NCBI GenBank assembly: GCA_964530365.1
Contig: CAZGZY010000001.1
Span: 6,348-30,347, forward strand
Direction of reading: 5' to 3'
From: an uncultured Candidatus Saccharimonadales bacterium
GTDB taxonomy: Bacteria > Patescibacteriota > Saccharimonadia > UBA4664
DNA: 24,000 nucleotides
The notes beneath the pieces are model-generated. The model saw only the letters and a program-made list of their open reading frames with translations. It had not been told where the DNA came from and ran no database searches. The translations under genes were made by a program, and so were the position numbers. Below, piece after piece: positions 16,754 through 24,000 of the stretch (within the stretch, counting starts at the first letter, position 1; the number at the start of each line of letters is the position of its first letter).

Positions 16754-17403
16754 TTATGAACGCGCTCTTCTCCCAGTTTTTCATTACGCTTATTTTCATC
16801 ATGGCGGTTTACTTTCACATCGCAAAAAAGAACTTTAGCGTGGCGGTAATGTATGGGGTGCAGTCGGTGGCGATCGTGGCGCTATTGCTCGCCTCATTCC
16901 TGGAGCGAGGGTCGTTATCGCTCCTGCTGATCGCGCTCGTGACGTTTGTGGTGAAGGTGGTGCTGGCGCCGGTGTTTTTCATGCGGCTTGTAAAGCAGCA
17001 CCAGCTTAAGTTTACGGTGAGCTCATACCTGAGCACCCCGCTCACGCTCGTGATTGTGGCGGCCATCGCGGCTCTGACCAACTCGCGGATCTTTGCTCCC
17101 GTGACGCGCATTATGCCGGCCAATGAGGCCTACTTGGCGCTGGCGCTGTCGGCCATGCTGATCTCGATTTTCCTCATGATTAACCGCAAGAGCGCTTTGT
17201 CGCAAATTGTTGGTATATTGTCGTTGGAAAACAGCATCGTGGCGTTTGCCATTTTTTCCGGCTTGGAGCAGTCCCCAACCTTGCAGCTGGGGATTATCTT
17301 CGACATTTTCGTGTGGTTGATGATCGCGGTGGTGTTTGTGTCGATGATTTACCGCCACTTTGGGTCGCTGGATGTAACCTCTATGAAACACTTGAAGGAC
17401 TAA
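16750..17403 (+). CDS. HyfE-like / NuoK-related membrane subunit
   Basis: Overlaps HyfC-like by 4 nt (ATGA). LALSAMLISIFLMINRKSALSQIVGILSLENSIVAFAI is typical of HyfE. Confidence 0.88.
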   Translation: MIMNALFSQFFITLIFIMAVYFHIAKKNFSVAVMYGVQSVAIVALLLASFLERGSLSLLLIALVTFVVKVVLAPVFFMRLVKQHQLKFTVSSYLSTPLTLVIVAAIAALTNSRIFAPVTRIMPANEAYLALALSAMLISIFLMINRKSALSQIVGILSLENSIVAFAIFSGLEQSPTLQLGIIFDIFVWLMIAVVFVSMIYRHFGSLDVTSMKHLKD

Positions 17404-17406
17404 CCT

Positions 17407-18849
17407 ATGGAACTGTTACTTATCTTCGCGGCTTTCGTTATTGCTGCTGTTACCGGGCTGGTGGCGCGGCGCAAGATCTTTTTTGAAACCGCGTCGGTCG
17501 CTGCGGGGATGGTGGCGCTGGCGGTGTCGGTGGACGTGGCCCTAAAAGTAGCTAGGGGTGGAGCGTACGAGCCGGCGGTATTCTTCTCGGTTGATTCGCT
17601 GGGCGCGATTATGATGCTTATTATTGCCTGCGTGGGGCTAGCCGCTACGGCCTACTCGGTGGCGTATTTGCATCGGGAGCTAGCCAAGGGCATCATTGGC
17701 ATGACCCGGGTGCGGCAGTTTTTTGTTCTCCTGAACGTGTTTTTGGCCGCCATGTTCTTGGCCATTACTTCCAGCAGCCCAATCGTGACCTGGGTTTCGG
17801 TGGAAGCCACTACCCTCTCGACCGCCTTCTTGATTAGCTTCTACAACAAGCCGTCGGCGATGGAGGCAGCCTGGAAGTACCTCATTATCAACTCCGTGGG
17901 CTTGCTGCTGGGCTTTTTTGGCACGCTATTGTACTTCACCTCCATTCACACCTCACTTGCCACCGAGTTTGTGACCTGGCACTCGCTGGCCTACAACGCG
18001 GCGCATTTGGACCCAGTGATTGCCAAGATGGCGTTCATTTTCGTGCTCATTGGTTACGGCACCAAAGTGGGTCTCGCGCCGATGCACACCTGGCTGCCCG
18101 ACGCGCACAGCAAGGCTCCGGTGCCGGTGAGCGCGTTGTTGTCCGGTGTGCTACTCAACGTGGCGCTGGTGGTGGTACTGCGGTTTAAGGTGATTACTGA
18201 CGCCGTAGCCGGCCAGTCGTTCTCGCAGAGCCTGCTGTTGGTGTTTGGGTTGCTGTCGGTGTTGTTCGCGGCGCTGATCATCATGACCCAAAAGAACTAC
18301 AAACGGCTGCTGGCTTACTCGTCAATCGAGAATATGGGCATTATGGCGCTTGGGTTCGGGTTTGGTGGCCTCGGGGTGTTTGCCGCGGTCCTGCACATGA
18401 TCTACCACGCGTTAGTGAAGTCGGCGCTGTTTTTGACCTCTGGCACGATCTTCCTGAAATATAGCTCCACCAAGCTCGTCAACGTGACCGGCGTGCTCAA
18501 GGCGCTGCCGGTGACGGGCGTATTGTTCTTGCTCGGCTTCTTTGCCATTGCCGGCATGCCGCCGTTTGGAATCTTTCTCACCAAGATCTTGATTTTGACT
18601 GCCGGCATTAAAGCCAACCCGGTTGTGGCGGTTGTCGCGTTGCTGCTCGTGGCCGTGTTGTTTATCGGCTTCTTCAAACATGTGTCGGCGATGGTGTCCG
18701 GCGAGAAGCCGGCCGACGTCGCGGCTGGCGAGACGAGCATTTGGCTCATTTTGCCGCCCCTGGCGCTGATTCTGACGGCTCTTGTCTTTAGTATTCATAT
18801 CCCCCAATTCTTACAAACATTGCTGCATGACGCAGCGGCGAGGTATTAA
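17407..18849 (+). CDS. HyfF-like / NuoN-NuoM-type antiporter-like subunit
   Basis: VSVEATTLSTAFLISFYNKPSAMEAAWKYLIINSVG, GYGTKVGLAPMHTWLPDAHSKAPVPVSALLSGVLLN, LLAYSSIENMGIMALGFG, YHALVKSALFLTSG. Confidence 0.93.
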   Translation: MELLLIFAAFVIAAVTGLVARRKIFFETASVAAGMVALAVSVDVALKVARGGAYEPAVFFSVDSLGAIMMLIIACVGLAATAYSVAYLHRELAKGIIGMTRVRQFFVLLNVFLAAMFLAITSSSPIVTWVSVEATTLSTAFLISFYNKPSAMEAAWKYLIINSVGLLLGFFGTLLYFTSIHTSLATEFVTWHSLAYNAAHLDPVIAKMAFIFVLIGYGTKVGLAPMHTWLPDAHSKAPVPVSALLSGVLLNVALVVVLRFKVITDAVAGQSFSQSLLLVFGLLSVLFAALIIMTQKNYKRLLAYSSIENMGIMALGFGFGGLGVFAAVLHMIYHALVKSALFLTSGTIFLKYSSTKLVNVTGVLKALPVTGVLFLLGFFAIAGMPPFGIFLTKILILTAGIKANPVVAVVALLLVAVLFIGFFKHVSAMVSGEKPADVAAGETSIWLILPPLALILTALVFSIHIPQFLQTLLHDAAARY

Positions 18850-20417
18850 TGGCTACAATCAATTTGCAACAATATATCCCAGATAGCGCTCAGATGGAGC
18901 AGTATGGCAATGTGGTGGCTTTTGAGGTTCCGACGAGCGAGATTGTGGCGTTGGTGACGGATTGGTACGCTAACCAGCATTTGTCCCTCAAGCTCATTGA
19001 CGCGACCGACGAGACTGCGGACGGCGATGGGTTTAAGGTGTGGTACGTGTTTGGCGTGCCGGGGGCGGCGAAGTTCTTGGCGGCGTATATTCGCATTGGA
19101 AAAGACGGGCAATTCCCGTCTTTGGCCGGCGCGGTACATGAGGCTGGCGCCTACGAGAAGAAGATTCGGACATTTTTCGGGCTCAACCCGGTGGGCTACC
19201 CGGATCCCCGTCCGGCGCTGCTACACGAAAATTGGCCAACCACGCTACATCCGTTGCGCAAGGGCTTTGCCGGTACAATGCGACCCAAAGATGCCCACGG
19301 CACGTATAAGATGCAGGTTGTGGAGGGCGAAGGCATTTACGAGATTCCGGTGGGGCCAATTCATGCCGGCATCATTGGCCCGGGGCACTTCCGGTTTAGC
19401 GTGGCCGGTGAAGAGATTATCTTGCTCGACCCGAAGCTGGGGTGGTCGCACCGTGGCGTTGAGAAGCTGTTTGAAGGGTTTGAGCTGGCCGACCAAATTC
19501 GGTTGTCGGAGAAGGTGTCGGGTGATAGTTCGTTTGGCCACTCGCTGGCATTTTGCCAAGCGGTGGAGGCTCTGGGCGGCATTGCGGTGCCGGAGCGGGC
19601 GAAGTTCCTGCGCGTGATCTACGCCGAGCTGGAACGCCTGGCCAACCACTTTGGCGACATTGGCTTTATTATGCTCGATACTGGTTTCAATTTCGGCGGT
19701 TCTCAGGGTGCGCGGTTGCGTGAGGCTATCATGCAGATCAACGGTCGGCTGACCGGCAGCCGGTTCCTGCGCGGCGTGAACGTGGTGGGTGGTGTGGCTC
19801 GCGATATTACCAAAGACGAGCGCTTGGACTTGCCGCGCGAGCCGCGGATGGCCAAGGATTTCACCGAGCTCATTGAGATCGCCGAGAGTAGCATCTCGGT
19901 GCTAAACCGCCTCAAGGGCACCGGCCGCTTGCCGCGCGACATCGCCGAAGACCATGGCGTGGTAGGCGTTGGGGCTCGGGCGGTAGGCCTGGCAGCCGAT
20001 GTGCGCGCCGACCACCCTTACGCGGCTTATGGCGAGCTGGGGCCAATCGACGTGGCCGTGGAGCAAAGCGGCGACGTGTACGCCCGATTCCGAGTACGGG
20101 TGAAGGAGGTCATTGCCTCGCTGGAGCTCATTCGGGGCGCAGTGGCAGCTCTGCCTGAGGGCGAGATCGTCAGCCGTCACGCGGATAAGCCTCTGGCGAA
20201 GAGCGCGGTGGCCATTGGCTTGGTAGAGGGCTGGCGCGGCGAGATCGCCTACTTTGTGCGTACCGACGCGAAGGGCGCCATTAGCCGGGTGGCTGTGCGC
20301 GACCCTTCGGCCGCCAACTGGCAGGCGGTGCCGTATTGCGCCCCCGGCATGATGGTGCCCGACTTCCCGCTCATCAACAAGAGTTTCAACTTGTCTTACT
20401 CGGGTAACGACCTTTAG
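18849..20417 (+). CDS. Large subunit (HyfG/HycE/NuoCD-like) lacking all four Ni-Fe-ligating cysteines
   Basis: NuoC-like N-terminus with HTFFGLNPVGYPDPR-like segment, WSHRGVEKLFEG, LSEKVSGDSSFGHSLAF (usual ERICGICGFAH), VPDFPLINKSFNLSYSGNDL (usual CxxC near the C-terminus). Confidence 0.94.
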   Translation: MATINLQQYIPDSAQMEQYGNVVAFEVPTSEIVALVTDWYANQHLSLKLIDATDETADGDGFKVWYVFGVPGAAKFLAAYIRIGKDGQFPSLAGAVHEAGAYEKKIRTFFGLNPVGYPDPRPALLHENWPTTLHPLRKGFAGTMRPKDAHGTYKMQVVEGEGIYEIPVGPIHAGIIGPGHFRFSVAGEEIILLDPKLGWSHRGVEKLFEGFELADQIRLSEKVSGDSSFGHSLAFCQAVEALGGIAVPERAKFLRVIYAELERLANHFGDIGFIMLDTGFNFGGSQGARLREAIMQINGRLTGSRFLRGVNVVGGVARDITKDERLDLPREPRMAKDFTELIEIAESSISVLNRLKGTGRLPRDIAEDHGVVGVGARAVGLAADVRADHPYAAYGELGPIDVAVEQSGDVYARFRVRVKEVIASLELIRGAVAALPEGEIVSRHADKPLAKSAVAIGLVEGWRGEIAYFVRTDAKGAISRVAVRDPSAANWQAVPYCAPGMMVPDFPLINKSFNLSYSGNDL

Positions 20418-20428
20418 CGTTTTCCGAA

Positions 20429-20457
20429 TCGACAAACGCTGCTAAAGCCGGGATAAT
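20429..20457 (+). promoter_or_regulatory. sigma70-like promoter for the CorA-like gene
   Basis: TCGACA - N17 - GATAAT, each one mismatch from consensus; predicted start site within a few nt of ATG 20467. Confidence 0.5.
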
Positions 20458-20466
20458 AATATTGCT

Positions 20467-21393
20467 ATGATTACGTTTTATTATCGCAGTATGCGCGAGG
20501 ACAAGTTGGTTAAGCTGCCGGCGTTTAAGGCCGGGGCGTGGGTGCACGTGGAGGCGCCCAGCCGCGCTGAACTGCAAGGACTCACCGAGAAATTCGGGCT
20601 TGACCCCGACCTTTTGGGCGATGCCCTGGACCCCGACGAGATCCCCCGCGCCGAGGTGGAGGGCGAAGTGGTGTATCTGTATATGCGCTACGCCTACCGC
20701 CAAGGCGACATCGTGGAGACCGACCCCGTGCTGCTGGCCGTGGGCGCTAATTTTGTGGTGACGGTGGCGCGCAATCCGCTGCCCGGCCTGGAGCGGTTCT
20801 TGGCTTCAGCGGTGCTGTTTACGACCCAGCGGGCCAAATTGCTACTGTTGCTCATGAGATACCTGGTGCTCAGCTATGAATCGAATGTGAAGTACCTAGA
20901 CCGCCAGATTCGCGGTGTGCGAGCCAAGATGAACGTGGCAACGGTCAACAACCGCGATTTCGTGCAGTTTGTGGTAATTGAAGACGCCCTTAACTCATTT
21001 TTGGCCGAGCTCGTGCCGGAAACGCTATTGCTCCAGAGCTTGCTGTCGGGCCGACAGAAGCTGACGTTCCACGAGGACGACAAAGACTTAATTGAAGACC
21101 TAGTGCAAGCTACCCGCCAGCTCGATGAATCGAGTCGGTCGAGCTTGCGTACCATCGTGAACATCCGCGAAGCCTATTCGAACATCATGACCAACAACCT
21201 AAACCGGCGCGTGGAATTGCTCACGTCACTGACGGTGGTGCTCACGATCCCGACCATCGTTTTTAGCCTCTGGGGCGTCAATGTGCCGGTGCCAGGCGCC
21301 GGCAATCCCCACGCTTTCGCGTTCTTGGGGATGGGCACTCTGGCGATGATTATCGCCGTGCTGTATTGGTTGTATCGCAGACGCTGGCTGTAA
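20467..21393 (+). CDS. CorA-family divalent cation transporter-like protein
   Basis: Overall CorA-like architecture with long soluble domain, YLDRQIRGVRAKMN, QSLLSGRQKLTFHEDDKDLIEDL, and two C-terminal TM helices separated by WGVNVPVPG (GVN in place of the usual GMN). Confidence 0.88.
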   Translation: MITFYYRSMREDKLVKLPAFKAGAWVHVEAPSRAELQGLTEKFGLDPDLLGDALDPDEIPRAEVEGEVVYLYMRYAYRQGDIVETDPVLLAVGANFVVTVARNPLPGLERFLASAVLFTTQRAKLLLLLMRYLVLSYESNVKYLDRQIRGVRAKMNVATVNNRDFVQFVVIEDALNSFLAELVPETLLLQSLLSGRQKLTFHEDDKDLIEDLVQATRQLDESSRSSLRTIVNIREAYSNIMTNNLNRRVELLTSLTVVLTIPTIVFSLWGVNVPVPGAGNPHAFAFLGMGTLAMIIAVLYWLYRRRWL

Positions 21394-21408
21394 TCGTCTG
21401 AGTTTGCC

Positions 21409-22509
21409 CTAAGGACAGAGGTTAGCCAGGTCGCCGTAGTAGGCCATGGCCGACTTTGTGATGGCGCAAGCGGTAACGGCGCTCGCGGGGGCCGACGAGG
21501 TGGCTTGGGTCTGCGGGCGGCCGGTAATAGCCCCGAGTAGGCTCGCTACTAGGCCCTTGGGGGTTTGCTCGCGCATCACCACGTAGTTGTCGCCTAGGCC
21601 AGCGGCTTTGGCTAGCGCCTGGTAGGTGACTTCGCGGCTGGCGGTGCCGTCGATGAGCTTGAGGTCGGTGGCGGATTTATTGTCGTAAGCCATGGCGCCG
21701 ATGGTGTTTTTAATGGTGTCTGTCGGGATGCCGCGGCGCTCGCTCACATACTGCACGAACAGGTCGTAATCGTTGTTGACTTGCTTTTGGAGCGCGGCGA
21801 TTTCGTCGGTGGTGAGGCGGCGGTAGGGGTTGCCGAGGTCCTTGGATTTGCCGGCCGTGATGTTGTACTGCGTGATGCCGTTTTGCGTCACTACTCCCCC
21901 GCCGAGCAGGCCGCTGTCTTGGGCTACTACCTTGTCGTAATACTCGAACGGCCCCATGATGACGCCGATGCTGCCGACGTCCGAGCCGTAGTCGGCCATG
22001 ACTTTGTCGGCGCTCACGGCGGCCCAATAGGCGCCCGAGGCTCCGAGGCCGGACACGAACGCGTACACCGGCCGGTGTGTGGCCGCTTTGTAGTACTTTA
22101 CCCCGTCGGCGATGGCGTGTGCGCCGTAGATGGTGCCGCCGGGTGAGTTAATCTCTAGCACCACGCCCTTAATGCTGTCGTCGTCGGCCGCGGCGTAGAG
22201 CTTTTGCTTCACCTCGTAGCCGGAGGTGTCGTTGTTGCCGAAGCCGAGCGGTGAGGCTTCGTCGGAGTCGCCCACAATTACTCCGCTCACCTTAATGGAT
22301 AGCAGCTGGTTCGTGCCTTTGCCGAACACCGTTTGGAGGTTCGAGATGTTTGAGGTGGATGCTCCCCCGCCCAACGCCAGGCCGATGACCACTAGCAGGA
22401 TGAGCGGAAACAGCAGGCAGAGCGCCAGCGCGTTGTAGCCGACGAAGATGTAGCCGGTGAGCTTGAGCAGGTTTTTGTAGTAGGGGTGACGGGTGAGAAA
22501 CTTTGCCAT
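21409..22509 (-). CDS. SppA-like signal peptide peptidase (S49 family)
   Basis: VVLEINSPGGTIYGAHAIADGV, VSGLGASGAYWAAVSADKVMADYGSDVGSIGVIMG; N-terminal TM. Confidence 0.9.
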   Translation of the reverse strand: MAKFLTRHPYYKNLLKLTGYIFVGYNALALCLLFPLILLVVIGLALGGGASTSNISNLQTVFGKGTNQLLSIKVSGVIVGDSDEASPLGFGNNDTSGYEVKQKLYAAADDDSIKGVVLEINSPGGTIYGAHAIADGVKYYKAATHRPVYAFVSGLGASGAYWAAVSADKVMADYGSDVGSIGVIMGPFEYYDKVVAQDSGLLGGGVVTQNGITQYNITAGKSKDLGNPYRRLTTDEIAALQKQVNNDYDLFVQYVSERRGIPTDTIKNTIGAMAYDNKSATDLKLIDGTASREVTYQALAKAAGLGDNYVVMREQTPKGLVASLLGAITGRPQTQATSSAPASAVTACAITKSAMAYYGDLANLCP

Positions 22510-22609
22510 ATACCGCTATTTTGCGGTAACGGTTATGGTTATTCAAGGCTAAGATTAGCGGCGGGGCCGTTGACTTGTTGTGTACCTAATGTTATTGTAT
22601 TGTTTGAAT

Positions 22610-23605
22610 ATGAAATTTTCTTCCCTACCCAAGGCATTCCCTTCCTATTTGAGAGCCGCCGTTTTAGTTGCGGCTGGTGCAATTGTGGCTGGTCTATTCA
22701 CTTGGGCAACCGTAGCTGTGGGTGGCAGCGTGCGCGGGATGGCGTGGGTGGCAATTGGCCCAGCTGTCATCAACAAGGTCGACGGCAAGGCGACTGCCCT
22801 GATTGGCTCTTCTCCAACATCAACGCCAAGCGCAATCACTCCTAAGCCGGCCGCGGACGATCCACGCCCGCCGGATAACGCGAATCCGCGGTACGCGGTA
22901 CACCCCGTGACCATCGGTGGCAACACCTACGGGGCCGAGGTCGTTCCGGGCGAAGCGGGTAGTGCTTCTTGGCCGTCAAACGAGCCGCTGGTACTTTCTG
23001 CTACACAGGTCAGCTACGGCCAGGGCGGACATAGTGCCGAGATTACGGCCAGTTCGCCTGACGGCTATGATATTTGTAATGTTAGCCAATATAACCTCAA
23101 CTTGGTGGCGGCCACTAACTACCCTGGTTGTGGCGCGCACAGTGTTTTCTTTGTAGACGGCCACCCAGCTCCGGGGGCTTATGTACTTCATGTTTTTGCT
23201 GACACCAGGGACAAAGTCCATGCCGGCAAGTACATCCGGTACGACGGCTATATCACCGTCACTATCACAAATTCACCACCAAGCTTTTACTTAGCAGCCG
23301 GCAATTATTCTTTGACACGCGAATCCGGTAACCCTGCGGGCACCTATTTCTACCATCTAGACGTCCCTCTGATCATAACCACCGATATGGGCTACATATC
23401 TTCTCCGCCTATTTACTTAGTAGCTGCAAGTGGGACAGAAGCTTGTGAAAGCCAAAGTGTACCTCCAGTGGGGTCCCTAATGGATCAGAACAAATGGGAC
23501 TGCGCGATCGAAGACGGCCCGCAGCCGCACGCCCATGTTTCTTTGACTTTCCGGGCTAACGACACGGTTACGACGCGCGAGATTACCGTTCCGATTTCGT
23601 TCTAG
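22610..23605 (+). CDS. Hypothetical N-terminally membrane-anchored/secreted protein
   Basis: ATG 22610 (MKFSSLPKAFPSYLRAAVLVAAGAIVAGLFTWATVAV) preferred over the ORF-track GTG at 22580; one TM/signal anchor followed by a Ser/Thr/Pro-rich extracellular beta-type region with no recognised family. Confidence 0.7.
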   Translation: MKFSSLPKAFPSYLRAAVLVAAGAIVAGLFTWATVAVGGSVRGMAWVAIGPAVINKVDGKATALIGSSPTSTPSAITPKPAADDPRPPDNANPRYAVHPVTIGGNTYGAEVVPGEAGSASWPSNEPLVLSATQVSYGQGGHSAEITASSPDGYDICNVSQYNLNLVAATNYPGCGAHSVFFVDGHPAPGAYVLHVFADTRDKVHAGKYIRYDGYITVTITNSPPSFYLAAGNYSLTRESGNPAGTYFYHLDVPLIITTDMGYISSPPIYLVAASGTEACESQSVPPVGSLMDQNKWDCAIEDGPQPHAHVSLTFRANDTVTTREITVPISF

Positions 23606-23659
23606 GACCAGCTTGAGAGAACTCATGCTCAAAGTTGGCGTATGGAGTAGGTGGCTTAC

Positions 23660-24000
23660 TTAGGCCTTAGGGGGCAAAGCTACCGTCCACCCATCGTATT
23701 GGGCTTCATAAAGGCTTGCAACTCTATCGAAGAGCGCTTCATCATGCAACAGACCGTCTTTTTGAAGAACGTAATTTGCTTTCTCGGACTGGACCCAATA
23801 CTTGTTTGCGGATTCATCGTGGGTAATGTGACTTTTCCATCCTTCCTTATCTAGATACTCTTTGATAGCAGCCTCGGCGATTTGAGGGTTGTTGAATCCC
23901 TTTATTGCAAAGATGATTTTCTTGGGCGTTTCTAGGGGTTGCCCTGAGACTTTGAAGATTCTCGTCAGTAATACTTTATTCGTATTGTCATCTTGTAATC
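23660..24000 (-). CDS. Partial RraB-like (ribonuclease E inhibitor domain) protein, 5' end beyond the window
   Basis: Minus-strand open frame from the window edge: LQDDNTNKVLLTRIFKVSGQPLETPKKIIFAIKGFNNPQIAEAAIKEYLDKEGWKSHITHDESANKYWVQSEKANYVLQKDGLLHDEALFDRVASLYEAQYDGWTVALPPKA*, ending in the YDGW motif seen in RraB-like proteins. Not in the ORF track because no start codon is visible. Confidence 0.5.
   Translation of the reverse strand, partial: LQDDNTNKVLLTRIFKVSGQPLETPKKIIFAIKGFNNPQIAEAAIKEYLDKEGWKSHITHDESANKYWVQSEKANYVLQKDGLLHDEALFDRVASLYEAQYDGWTVALPPKA

Noticed and set aside
13234-20417. Interpretation of the operon as an active [NiFe]-hydrogenase-4 or formate hydrogenlyase
   Set aside because: All Ni-Fe and proximal [4Fe-4S] ligand cysteines are absent by direct codon reading.
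18997-20435. Large antisense/alternate-frame ORFs inside the large-subunit gene
   Set aside because: Arg/Pro/Ser-rich shadow translations opposite a strongly conserved CDS.
1-24000. CRISPR arrays, transposases, phage genes, toxin-antitoxin or defence islands, tRNA/rRNA genes
   Set aside because: No regularly spaced repeats, no integrase/transposase motifs and no tRNA or rRNA signatures were seen on reading both strands; a tRNAscan/Rfam run would be needed for certainty.

Overview
This 24 kb window looks like compact bacterial chromosome, GC-rich in its genes and using the standard genetic code (TGA as stop). A Patescibacteria/Saccharibacteria-like origin is only a weak inference. Ordinary content: the 3' part of a Pif1/RecD-like helicase, a NatA/NatB-type ABC exporter, a MazG-like NTP pyrophosphohydrolase, a GIY-YIG protein, a LiaF/toast-rack plus PspC membrane pair, an orphan multi-domain histidine kinase, an FAD/NAD oxidoreductase, an RRM protein, gpmA, metK, pyrB, a CorA-like transporter, an SppA-like S49 peptidase, an uncharacterised membrane-anchored/secreted protein and a partial RraB-like ORF. 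The standout is a tightly overlapping six-gene operon (13234-20417) for a group-4 [NiFe]-hydrogenase/complex I-like membrane complex, ordered small subunit (HyfI/NuoB-like), HyfB, HyfC, HyfE, HyfF, HyfG-like. All four [4Fe-4S]-ligating Cys positions in the small subunit are replaced (D, A, D, D), and the protein has no cysteine at all. All four Ni-Fe-ligating Cys positions in the large subunit are replaced (S, S, S, G). No ferredoxin-like subunit (HyfH/NuoI) or HyfD is in the locus, yet the antiporter-like membrane subunits keep their hallmark residues. This suggests a cofactor-free, non-redox member of the complex I/Mrp superfamily. Other observations are a probable SAM-I-type riboswitch with an SD-sequestering hairpin upstream of metK, a candidate structured ncRNA with its own terminator at about 5971-6180, a possible operator-rich divergent promoter region before the operon, and -10-like elements placed immediately upstream of several start codons (possible leaderless mRNAs).
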